The notes under the pieces: model-generated
What the model was told of the DNA's origin: nothing
The model's input: only the letters and a program-made list of their open reading frames with translations
Databases searched by the model: none
DNA from: a virus
Direction: 5' to 3' (one strand)
Length of the DNA stretch: 64,000 nucleotides
IMG/VR virus record: IMGVR_UViG_3300025101_000019
Span: 32,001 to 96,000 of that record
Made by a program: the position numbers and the translations under genes
Shown: piece after piece, positions 1 through 9,444 of the stretch
Position numbering within the stretch: the first letter of the stretch is position 1
Layout: each line of letters starts with the position of its first letter

Positions 1-3000
1 GATATCATACACTTAGCAACTGTATATGAGGTATGTGATTGTCTTTCTTCGTAAACTGGACTTGAACCACTAAATGAAGTTACCACCCACTCTGATGGTT
101 GTTTCATTAGATAACCAGGCGTATCTGATGAACATAGTAAATCTCCTTTACTTACATCACCACCTTGGTTACACAATTTAAAACCAGGTAAAACAAATGA
201 ACCTGATTCATCCTGCGTTACACTATCCCCAATCGAAGCCACTTTCCAAATTTCTTTAGAACCTGTTTGACTTACAGGAATATAATCGCCAAATGAATCT
301 TTTCTTGATGCGGAGTAATATTCCTCAGGTGGGGTAAGTTCGTCTGAATCACTTGTTTTATTTTTTCCTAACGCAAATCCTTCAAATTTCTGAACATAGT
401 TTAATTCAAGTTTTTCCCACAGAATTCCAACAACATTAGTGTCTTTTGCAGTTGTGACTTTATGAAGTTCATTATTTGCACCTAATTTAACCAAGTCACC
501 AGAATTAATATCTGATGTTATATCTTTTTTGTATTGGTGTCCAAGTGTTGTTTCCTGACCGGAAAGTCCACTTGGTGCGGGTGATAATTTTGAAAGTGTG
601 TTGTGTGAAAGTATCCCATTTGAAACATAGTTGTGAACTATATCCAATTCATAATTCCAAACCTCAACTTCTTCGTCAAAAGTTTCTACACTTTTTATTT
701 TATCAATGAATATTTTTTCACCATCGACAACATATAACTCACCACCAACTCCAAGTTCATCTATTGCAATTTCAGAATTTGGATAATCAGGATGATATAG
801 TAAATGTGAGTTAGAACATTTTAATTCTTTGTCTGATTCTGTTTTTATCAAACTCCACCCTTTAACTTTATTAGTAGTAATTTCATCAATAGGTGACCAT
901 CCCCATTCTTTAGTTTCAAAGTTAAATACTTTTATTATATCATCGTTTTTGGTATCTTCTATATTTATCTCACCTCTTTTAGTAATTATTTTAGTACCAG
1001 GCAATACACAACTATAACTTCCACCCGATGAAATCGCAGATGAAATAGAAGTCAATTCAGTATCAATATCATCTTCAAGGTCTGTAAATCTTGTAGCAGC
1101 ATTTCTAACAGTTCCATCACTATCTCTAAATCTTGGTACTTTTAGAATTAAACCAGTTGAGTCTACACCAAACATGGTATTAAATGCTTTTGTTGTACTA
1201 CCAGACTTGAAAGTTGCGGTATCTTCAAGAATTCCTTTAAATGTTGCAGTACCATCTTGTGCAATTTTAAATTGAGGTGCTGAAATATATCCTGAAGAAC
1301 CTAATGTAAAATCACCATAAGTATCATTTGAGGTTGCAGTTCCTTTTATTCCAATATGCGATGAACCAATTGTCCACCCACCAATAGAACCAGCTCCTGC
1401 GGTTACTGTACCATCAATGGATAATGTAGTTCCATCAAATTCAAGTTTTGGTGAACTTGTACCACCCATTTTAAATGTTCCTTTATCAAGACTTATTATA
1501 GAACCTTGGGTAGTACTTAAATTGTTAGACCTAATTGTTCCTGTCTTAATTGAATCACCACTAATTGTAGTAGAACCACCACCACCTGCGAACTCGGTAA
1601 CTTTTATATAATCTATATATGTCTTACCTGCTGCGCCATTATAGTTTACAAGAATCATTGGTGCAAATGCGTTTGTTGTAGTCCAAACTTGACCTGGGTC
1701 ATGAATGTTTGGGTGAACGCCACCAGTCTGGTAATATCCTGCAGTACCCTTAAAGTAACCTTTGTATATTACCCATTCACCAATCGCTGGTTGTGCACCA
1801 CTTGCAGCAAAGTAGTGTTGACTACCATAATTACCCCCCGTACCAGTAGTATTACCTGCAGCATTAATTGCGGTAAGTTTCGTACTACCATCTGTATGTA
1901 ATGAAGATGAGAAGGCGGTTATACCTGCGTAAAGGTAATTATAAGCACCTGCAGCTCTCTGTACTCTAACTTCTATTTCATATAATGAGTTTGGATTAAA
2001 TGGCATAACAGTATTTGAACTAAGCCAGGCCATGTCGTCAGTACCAGAATTATTACCAATTATAGCGACTGGCCCAAAGAATTGTCCGTAGTCTGTATCT
2101 GTAATTGAATCGTTTGCGGTGATAGCTCCACCAACAATGGCCATTCCTACACCTGAACCATCTAATTTTGGATTTTTTCCTTGGTCTATATATGAGGGTC
2201 TTGCTTCTCGTGTTGCTGCGTTAAAGTCTTCAAAGTATAATGCTTCTGGTTGATTTCTACCTACAAGTTCAACATCACCACTAATTTTAATATTACCATT
2301 AGAACCACTAATAGATGTTAGTCCTCTACCAAAATAAAATTCTTGTACTGCGAAGTCAACACCTGAACCTGATATCAATAATGTTTTAGACCCATTGTCC
2401 CATGCGAAGTAACCTGCTCCTAATGCACCCGAACCACTACCTAAATAGAAGTTACCATCATTATCCATAAACGCACTCATGTCGTTTATTGTAGCTGCGG
2501 AAGTTAATGCATTATGGTATCCAAGAACTTCACTATTCATTACCAACCCAGCTGGCGCAGGGAATGGAATTGCGGATAATGTATCACCTAAGAAACTAAA
2601 GTCTTGATTGTCTGCACCTTGAGCTCCTGTAGCTCCTTTTGCACCATTCGTACCATTCGAACCTGCCGAACCTTTTCCACCTTTAGCACCTTTTCCACCT
2701 TGAGCACCTTGACCACCTTGAGCACCTTTTCCACCTTGAGCACCTGCCGAACCTTGTTTAGATTTAGAGAACGACATGGTTTTTGCAATTATTACTTTCT
2801 GTGAACCACTACCACTAATTGCATTAATTTCTAATGAACCAGAATCTTGTGTTAGGCCTGTTATAGTAAAGTGATTATGTCCGTTTGTTGTTGCATTACC
2901 CGATGACCCACCTGCGTTTTGAAGTTGACTAAATGAAACTCCAGATGAACCTGTACCTGCGTACTTGTATGAATTAGTTTTATCAGTAATACCTTCAAAT

Positions 3001-6000
3001 ACAATCATATCGGTAATTGCACCATTCAATCCTCCAGATGCAATCGAACCTGCTGCGTTTGCAGGAATTGTATGTGATTCATTTGTAAGGAAACCTGTTA
3101 CTGCGTCAGAACCATCTGCACCTGGCGTTCCATCCGAACCACCTTCTACTTTGAATATTGTAATTGAATCAGATAAATCACTTGCATTGTTCGATACCTC
3201 AATTGTAATTGGAAATTGATTTTTATTGGTAACTTTCCCTGCTGCATTGGATGCACCATTGTCAAATGTTAATGTAAATGTTTGAGTACCTGTACCATTT
3301 GTTACCGTACCACTTAAATTTGGAGTAGTAATCGAATTACCACCACCTTTAGTGATTGTAATATCATTCTTATCGATTGTATGTGCTAAGTTCTGCTGAA
3401 CTACACTCATAGTAATTGTAGTAGGAGTTGAAGTTGTATCACTTGAGTCATCAAACGCAAAGGTTTGAGAATCCGAAAGTAAAGTTAGTGACCTTGCCGT
3501 TGAACCATCTAAACCATCATCACCTTGTCTTGCTACTGCAACCGACATAGTTTTTGCAATTTGAGTACTTGCACTTACTGCCGTCAATACAATAGAACCA
3601 CTAAATGGTGAAGTTGTATTTGTAATGGTTACTGGATTAGTACCACTCGTTGTTATATGTGCTGATTTAGTAACAGATATACTATAATCACTTGTACTAT
3701 CAGTCACACCCTCAAATACTATCATCTCAGTACTTGCGCCTGCGAATGAAATAACTTCATCAGATGAACTTAATGGAAGTGTATGAGAATCGTTTGTTAA
3801 AAGCGCTGAAACTGCGGATGTACCATCTGAACCTGGCGAACCATCTGAACCACCTTCGACTTTAAATATTTTTACTGAATCAGTTAACCCATCTTTGGTA
3901 CAAGAAATTTCAACAGGTAAAAATCCTTTAGTTTGTTGCATCCCACCTGCGGATTGTCCCCCGACCCACTTTAAACTACCACTTACAATACCAGTTCCAT
4001 TTGAAACATCACTATTATCAAAATCAAATCCCGTTACTACCGAACCACCATTTCTTGTAATTGTAATATCACTTGCTCCAATAGTACCTGTAAGATTTTG
4101 TTGTTGGAAACTAAATATAATATTAGATGGTGTAGGGTCGTTATCAGAAGAATCATCAAAAGCAAATACAGGCGAATCTAAACTACCAATTAGTAATTTA
4201 GCGGATGTACCGGGATTACCATCTGCACCTTGTTTAGTTCGTGTAAGTGACATTGTTTTAATCAATCGTGTACTTGAACTAACTGCGTTAATTGTTAGTG
4301 ACCCCGAATCAGCATTTAGGCCTGTTATACTAAAATGATTATGACCTGCCGTTGTTGCATTACCTGACGAACCACCTGCTGATTGTAAATGTGAAAATGT
4401 TGTTCCTGTCGATGCCGTAGCAGAGAATAAGTAATTAGATGATTTGTCTGTAACACCTTCGAATACTTTTACATCAGTTACACCACCTGCGAATGATGCA
4501 ATACTACCACCCGAATCTGCAGGGAAGTTATGATTCTCATTTGTTAAGAAAGCGGTAACTGCATCTGTTCCATCTGTACCAGATGTTCCACCTTCTACTT
4601 TAAATACTTTTATACTATCTGTAAATGTGTCTTTACTTACTTCAATTGTAATTGGTAAATGAGTTTTAGATACGACTTTACCTGCCGCCGGAGTTGCCCC
4701 ATTATCAAATGTAATACTACCACTTAATAAACCAGAACCATCACTTACATTACCACCTAATGATGGTGTTGTGATTGTTCCACCACCATTCTTAGTAATG
4801 GTAACATTACCTGTTGAAAGTGCCCCACTTAAATTTTGTTGATTGATAATAAACGATATTGAACTTGGTGTTGCAGTAGTATCTGCAGATGTATCAAAAG
4901 CGTAAACTTGAGAATCAACAGTAACTTGTAATGTTTTAGCATTAGAACCTGCGAGACCTGCAGTACCTTGTTTTGATTTAACCAAGGACATTGTTTTTGC
5001 AAGTTGTGTACTTGCACTAACTGCGGTGATTATTATCGAACCACTATCGTGTACCATGGCTGATATTGAAACTATATTTCCGTTTGTACCACTTAAAGTT
5101 GATTCTGTTTGAAGACTACCTGTTCTACTATAAGTGTAGTTTGCAGTTACATTTGTAGTACCTTCAAATACTTGCATTGAAGAACTTGCGTCAGTAAAAC
5201 TAACAATAGTTCCGTCTGATTGTGCAGCGAAGGTATGTGCTTCATTAGTTAAGAATGCCGTTACTGCGTCAGTACCATCAGAACCTGGTGAACCATCTGA
5301 ACCACCCTCTACCTTAAATAATTTTATTGTATCGGTTAATCCATTTTTAGTTGCTGATATTGTAATTGGGAAATGTGATTTAGTTCCTTCTATACCACCT
5401 GCATTTAGATTATTTCCAAACACAATACTACCACTTGCTATACCACTAAACTTTCCATCAGTAGAAGTTACATTAGTATTGTTGAAAGCAAAGTTTGTAA
5501 TAGCATCATCACCTTGAGTTGTGATTGTAATATCACTACTTCCAATTGCGGCGTTTAAGTTTTGTTGGTTAAATGAGAATATAACATTTGTAGGTGTAGC
5601 CGTATTATCTGATGCACTATCAAATGCCATCACTTGTGAATCTAAACTTGCTACTAATGTTTTAGCATTAGAACCTGCGAGACCATCTGCACCTTTTGCA
5701 CCTGCAGCACCTGCGGTTGATTTTGCAAGTGACATAGTTTTAACTAATTGAGTACTTGCACTAACTGCGGTTACTGTCAATGACCCACTATCGTGTCCCA
5801 TTGCGGTTATACTAAATGTATCTGTATCTTGACTAAAACTAACACCCAATGAACCTGTACCACTAAATGAATAGTTTGATGTCTTGTTGGTGATACCTTC
5901 AAAGACAACCATATCAGTAACACCTTGAGTGAAGTCAGATACTGTTCCTGATGGGTTTGCAGGGAATGTGTGTGATTCATTGGTTAAGAATGCCGTTACT

Positions 6001-9000
6001 GCATCTTGACCATCCGTACCAGGCGTTCCATCTGCACCACCTTGTACTTTAAATATTGTTGTACTATCAGTTATATCATCTTTAGTAACCGATAGTGTTA
6101 ATGGTAAATCAGTTTTACTTAATGTCAATCCACTAAAAGATAAACTACCACTTTGTTGTCCTGACCCCGATACTACTCCCGAAGTCCCACCTAATGATGG
6201 TGTTGATATTGGCGAACCACCTGCTTTAGTGATTGTGATATCACTTCCTGCGATTGTAGCTGACAGGTTTTGTTGACTGATTGTAAAGTTGATTACATTC
6301 GGAGTTGCGGAATCATCCGTTGAATCATCAAATGCGTATACCGATGAGTCGGTTGTTATTTGTAATGACTTTGCAGTTGCAGATTCCGTTACGGCGTTAA
6401 TTGCTTCTTCTACTGATTGAAATCCACCTTCTGGTGCAGTTATTTGAATAGTACCTTTTACTACTAAGTTAGTACCATCCCATGTAAATTTATCACCTAA
6501 TGAGAATTTTGAATCTGAACCTAAAAAGAATCCTGTGTTTGTATTACCATGTGTTCCGACACCTGTAAACAATTTGGAATCTTGCATTTTGATTCCACCA
6601 ATAGAACCTGTGTTTGCTATTATACCACCTTGAAGGAATACATTATCAGTTGCCAATCCAAATCCTGGATTTGAATTACCGAATACATAAGATGAGTTAG
6701 CCAACCCACTTAAGTCACCCAATCGAACTTTTAATCCAACATCATATAATCCACTACCTGTTCTTTCAACAATATCCATAAACGGAGTATTGGTGTCTCG
6801 TGGATTTGCATTCATTTTAATGTAACCACTACCACTCAGTCCAGTTGATACTATCACTTGACCTTCATCGTATGGTTGAGCTGCTGATGCTAAATCACCA
6901 ACAAAGTCACCTTGTGACCCACTTCCATATCCTCTTGTTACATATAGTCTACCATGTACTTCGTCTGCGCCAGAATTATCACCATCAAGTGATGCCGAGT
7001 TTACTAAAATATATTCTGTTTGGAATCCTGTACTATCTACTTTTTTAGCTAATAGAATTTCACCAACAGTAAACCCACTTGCGTTCTTAACTGACATTGT
7101 TGTGTCATTTGCAGTAATGTTTGACCCTGTTAATGTTGTTGCGTTAGTAACCCATAGTTGACCACCAACTGCGTTTACAGATTCTTTTTCAAATGTAGTT
7201 GTTCTTAGAGTACCTCTAATTCTTACATTTTCAAACTCTGCAGTTCCATTACCTTCTGAAGATATTTTCCATCCTTTAAAATTACTTGCGAAATCTTTTG
7301 TCTGTAAAATACCTTCTGGTTTCATTATAAGATTACCACCCTCAATGGATGATGTTGTAATGTCCCATCCACCAATAGATGCCGATTGGAATATAGCAAA
7401 TCCATCAGCGTCAATAGATGACGAGGCGTTTTGTCTTGTAGAAGGGTTTCCACTAATTTGTGCAGGAGTACGAATGTTGTTTGCAGTAACTGCCCCTAAG
7501 ATAGTTACACCATCTGTAATCGTACCACCTTCTATTAATACTTTTGATGCGGTTATATCACCTTGAGCTTTTAATCTTAATGAATTGTCTGATGACCTAA
7601 TCTCATCTGAAACAACCTCAAATCCTGCAATAGATGCAGATGCAAATCTTGCAAAACCATCTTGGTCAATTGACGATGATGCGTTTGCTTTAGTTGAAGG
7701 AGCTCCATTAACTACGGCAGGAGTCCTAATTTGATTTACTGTAAGTGATGATTTTATTGTTGCGTTTGTACCAATTATCAATTGACCTGTGTTTGGGTCT
7801 AAGTGAAAGTCAGATGAACTAATTTCAATCTTACCATCCGAACCACTCATAAATTGACTACCCGGCGTACCTATAAAAAACTTCTCTGCTTTTACATCTA
7901 ATAAACCACTACCTGATGTTGTGAATATAAGGTGACTCTTATCATTCTCAGATACGAACTCAAATCCGACACCTTCCATTAAGTCACTACCAACTACCAA
8001 GTTACCACTACCAGAATATATTAAAAATCCACCTGGCCCTTTTCCTTCGGATGCGGATGTAAATCCTTTATATCCAACAGACCTTAAGAATCCACTACTT
8101 GCTCCACCGATTTCAATACCACTACCTAATGCGTTTGATATAAAAATAGAACCTGTTATTAAAGAACCCTTACCACCAATGAAAGTAGTAGAACCTGGAA
8201 ATACTACATCTTCTATTATAATGAAAGTTTCCGATGGTTCGTTTTTACTATTTAAGAATTCTATTCTAATAGTCTTGGGGTCACCAATATGTTGAGATGG
8301 TATTGGTATTGTAAATATGAAGTCTGAACCATCAGTTGGTTCTATATATCGTGTTGTTGCAATTGTTTCGAAATCAGTACCAAGTCCTTGTGATTTAACA
8401 GAGGTTCTTAGTAATTCAATTTTACCTGCAACTGGGTCGGCACTTGTGATTGTAAATGTAGATACTGTTTGTAGGTTTTGTGATGTTCCTACCGATGCCG
8501 ATGAAAAATATTCAATGTGAGCAGGAATTGTTGCTGCATCACTAAATCTGTACTGGTGGTCTCGACTACCCGTTATAGGGTCTTTTATTTGTAATATGTC
8601 ACTACTTGATACACTTAAGATAGATGATGTAAAGTTTGTTGGTTGTGCAACACCTTTTTGTCTTGGGAAAATAGTTTGTGATGATAAATCTAATCTTACT
8701 TCACCACCAATCATCATACTATTAAATCCAGTACCAGTCGTTTTGGTTAGAATTACATCATCACCAAAAGTTGACCTTTGATACTTGACACTATGTGTAT
8801 CTGTTGTTAATGTTAGGGTTGCGTTTCTACCCTGACCCAATTCATCTTCAGTTTCTTGATTTAATTCAAATGTACTAAATGGTTGTAAACTTGCAGATAT
8901 TGATGCGAGTGGTAAAATCTTTTCATCAAAAATAATATCGGAAGAAGACCCTTGATTTACTCTTACAGGAATATCTCTATTCCATCTTACTGCGTTTCCA

Positions 9001-9425
9001 TTTCTAGCCGTACCTACAATTGTTACTTTTGCAGTTCCAGATGCGGTATTTTCTGATGGGTCTGTTCTATCTGTATAAACCCAAATACTAACTATCTTAC
9101 TTCCATCTCGTTCCTTTCCATTCATTATCTCAAAATAGATTGGATTTCCTTTTGAATCAAGAACCTCTATTTGTATTTCAGAGTTTCTTTTAAGTGAGTT
9201 GGAACCTGTTAGTCGTATTGTGTTTTTACCTGACCCAAAGAATTCGGGCACTTCCGTTACATTAAAAAATGTTGAGGTTGGATTGGTATCCTCTACAACA
9301 GGCGGTTTCGCAGGTGAAAATCGTGGGGTCGGTCCAGACCTTGCATCTCTCAAACTCGCACTTGTTCTTGGTGCGAATTGTTTGTTTAGATTTTTCTTAC
9401 CTCTTCTTCTGAATGGTATTGCCAT
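1..9425 (-). CDS. Giant tail fibre/adhesin (>3140 aa, 3' end beyond window): repeated beta modules, collagen-like segment, CBM-like domain, Hint domain, C-terminal chaperone-like domain
   Basis: Not in ORF track because it runs off the edge. ATG at 9425 after GGAG (MAIPFRRRGKKNLNKQF...). Same frame confirmed by hand translation at 9425, 2753, 1010 and 59, ending ...GYLMKQ...SHTSYTVAKCMI. Rich in Ser/Thr/Gly. Confidence 0.9.
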   Translation of the reverse strand, partial: MAIPFRRRGKKNLNKQFAPRTSASLRDARSGPTPRFSPAKPPVVEDTNPTSTFFNVTEVPEFFGSGKNTIRLTGSNSLKRNSEIQIEVLDSKGNPIYFEIMNGKERDGSKIVSIWVYTDRTDPSENTASGTAKVTIVGTARNGNAVRWNRDIPVRVNQGSSSDIIFDEKILPLASISASLQPFSTFELNQETEDELGQGRNATLTLTTDTHSVKYQRSTFGDDVILTKTTGTGFNSMMIGGEVRLDLSSQTIFPRQKGVAQPTNFTSSILSVSSSDILQIKDPITGSRDHQYRFSDAATIPAHIEYFSSASVGTSQNLQTVSTFTITSADPVAGKIELLRTSVKSQGLGTDFETIATTRYIEPTDGSDFIFTIPIPSQHIGDPKTIRIEFLNSKNEPSETFIIIEDVVFPGSTTFIGGKGSLITGSIFISNALGSGIEIGGASSGFLRSVGYKGFTSASEGKGPGGFLIYSGSGNLVVGSDLMEGVGFEFVSENDKSHLIFTTSGSGLLDVKAEKFFIGTPGSQFMSGSDGKIEISSSDFHLDPNTGQLIIGTNATIKSSLTVNQIRTPAVVNGAPSTKANASSSIDQDGFARFASASIAGFEVVSDEIRSSDNSLRLKAQGDITASKVLIEGGTITDGVTILGAVTANNIRTPAQISGNPSTRQNASSSIDADGFAIFQSASIGGWDITTSSIEGGNLIMKPEGILQTKDFASNFKGWKISSEGNGTAEFENVRIRGTLRTTTFEKESVNAVGGQLWVTNATTLTGSNITANDTTMSVKNASGFTVGEILLAKKVDSTGFQTEYILVNSASLDGDNSGADEVHGRLYVTRGYGSGSQGDFVGDLASAAQPYDEGQVIVSTGLSGSGYIKMNANPRDTNTPFMDIVERTGSGLYDVGLKVRLGDLSGLANSSYVFGNSNPGFGLATDNVFLQGGIIANTGSIGGIKMQDSKLFTGVGTHGNTNTGFFLGSDSKFSLGDKFTWDGTNLVVKGTIQITAPEGGFQSVEEAINAVTESATAKSLQITTDSSVYAFDDSTDDSATPNVINFTISQQNLSATIAGSDITITKAGGSPISTPSLGGTSGVVSGSGQQSGSLSFSGLTLSKTDLPLTLSVTKDDITDSTTIFKVQGGADGTPGTDGQDAVTAFLTNESHTFPANPSGTVSDFTQGVTDMVVFEGITNKTSNYSFSGTGSLGVSFSQDTDTFSITAMGHDSGSLTVTAVSASTQLVKTMSLAKSTAGAAGAKGADGLAGSNAKTLVASLDSQVMAFDSASDNTATPTNVIFSFNQQNLNAAIGSSDITITTQGDDAITNFAFNNTNVTSTDGKFSGIASGSIVFGNNLNAGGIEGTKSHFPITISATKNGLTDTIKLFKVEGGSDGSPGSDGTDAVTAFLTNEAHTFAAQSDGTIVSFTDASSSMQVFEGTTNVTANYTYSRTGSLQTESTLSGTNGNIVSISAMVHDSGSIIITAVSASTQLAKTMSLVKSKQGTAGLAGSNAKTLQVTVDSQVYAFDTSADTTATPSSISFIINQQNLSGALSTGNVTITKNGGGTITTPSLGGNVSDGSGLLSGSITFDNGATPAAGKVVSKTHLPITIEVSKDTFTDSIKVFKVEGGTSGTDGTDAVTAFLTNENHNFPADSGGSIASFAGGVTDVKVFEGVTDKSSNYLFSATASTGTTFSHLQSAGGSSGNATTAGHNHFSITGLNADSGSLTINAVSSSTRLIKTMSLTRTKQGADGNPGTSAKLLIGSLDSPVFAFDDSSDNDPTPSNIIFSFQQQNLTGTIGASDITITRNGGSVVTGFDFDNSDVSNGTGIVSGSLKWVGGQSAGGMQQTKGFLPVEISCTKDGLTDSVKIFKVEGGSDGSPGSDGTSAVSALLTNDSHTLPLSSSDEVISFAGASTEMIVFEGVTDSTSDYSISVTKSAHITTSGTNPVTITNTTSPFSGSIVLTAVSASTQIAKTMSVAVARQGDDGLDGSTARSLTLLSDSQTFAFDDSSDTTSTPTTITMSVVQQNLAHTIDKNDITITKGGGNSITTPNLSGTVTNGTGTQTFTLTFDNGASNAAGKVTNKNQFPITIEVSNNASDLSDSITIFKVEGGSDGTPGADGSDAVTGFLTNESHTIPANAAGSIASGGLNGAITDMIVFEGITDKTNSYKYAGTGSSGVSFSQLQNAGGSSGNATTNGHNHFTITGLTQDSGSLEINAISGSGSQKVIIAKTMSFSKSKQGSAGAQGGKGAQGGQGAQGGKGAKGGKGSAGSNGTNGAKGATGAQGADNQDFSFLGDTLSAIPFPAPAGLVMNSEVLGYHNALTSAATINDMSAFMDNDGNFYLGSGSGALGAGYFAWDNGSKTLLISGSGVDFAVQEFYFGRGLTSISGSNGNIKISGDVELVGRNQPEALYFEDFNAATREARPSYIDQGKNPKLDGSGVGMAIVGGAITANDSITDTDYGQFFGPVAIIGNNSGTDDMAWLSSNTVMPFNPNSLYEIEVRVQRAAGAYNYLYAGITAFSSSLHTDGSTKLTAINAAGNTTGTGGNYGSQHYFAASGAQPAIGEWVIYKGYFKGTAGYYQTGGVHPNIHDPGQVWTTTNAFAPMILVNYNGAAGKTYIDYIKVTEFAGGGGSTTISGDSIKTGTIRSNNLSTTQGSIISLDKGTFKMGGTSSPKLEFDGTTLSIDGTVTAGAGSIGGWTIGSSHIGIKGTATSNDTYGDFTLGSSGYISAPQFKIAQDGTATFKGILEDTATFKSGSTTKAFNTMFGVDSTGLILKVPRFRDSDGTVRNAATRFTDLEDDIDTELTSISSAISSGGSYSCVLPGTKIITKRGEINIEDTKNDDIIKVFNFETKEWGWSPIDEITTNKVKGWSLIKTESDKELKCSNSHLLYHPDYPNSEIAIDELGVGGELYVVDGEKIFIDKIKSVETFDEEVEVWNYELDIVHNYVSNGILSHNTLSKLSPAPSGLSGQETTLGHQYKKDITSDINSGDLVKLGANNELHKVTTAKDTNVVGILWEKLELNYVQKFEGFALGKNKTSDSDELTPPEEYYSASRKDSFGDYIPVSQTGSKEIWKVASIGDSVTQDESGSFVLPGFKLCNQGGDVSKGDLLCSSDTPGYLMKQPSEWVVTSFSGSSPVYEERQSHTSYTVAKCMI
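600..1010 (-). other. Mini-intein / Hint domain (137 aa) within the tail fibre
   Basis: CVLPGTKI (C1, block A) ... KCSNSHLL (block B) ... VWNYELDIVHNYVSNG (block F) ILSHN|T (block G, +1 Thr). No endonuclease insert. Confidence 0.88.
2610..2753 (-). repeat. Collagen-like (G-X-Y)16 segment in the tail fibre
   Basis: GSA GAQ GGK GAQ GGQ GAQ GGK GAK GGK GSA GSN GTN GAK GAT GAQ GAD. Confidence 0.9.
2760..6380 (-). repeat. Five tandem ~240-aa (~725 bp) two-domain repeats in the tail fibre
   Basis: Recurring KIFKVEGG-(GxxG)-DAVTAFLTNEsH motif near 6000, 5270, 4560, 3820 and 3100, with recurring KTMSL and DSQVxAFD motifs. Confidence 0.85.
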
Positions 9426-9444
9426 TTATACTCTCCATATATAA

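Noticed and set aside
515-9444. Many short plus-strand ORFs and two short minus ORFs in the track
   Set aside because: They are antisense or off-frame shadows of the giant minus-strand fibre gene. The same applies to plus-strand ORFs across the window.
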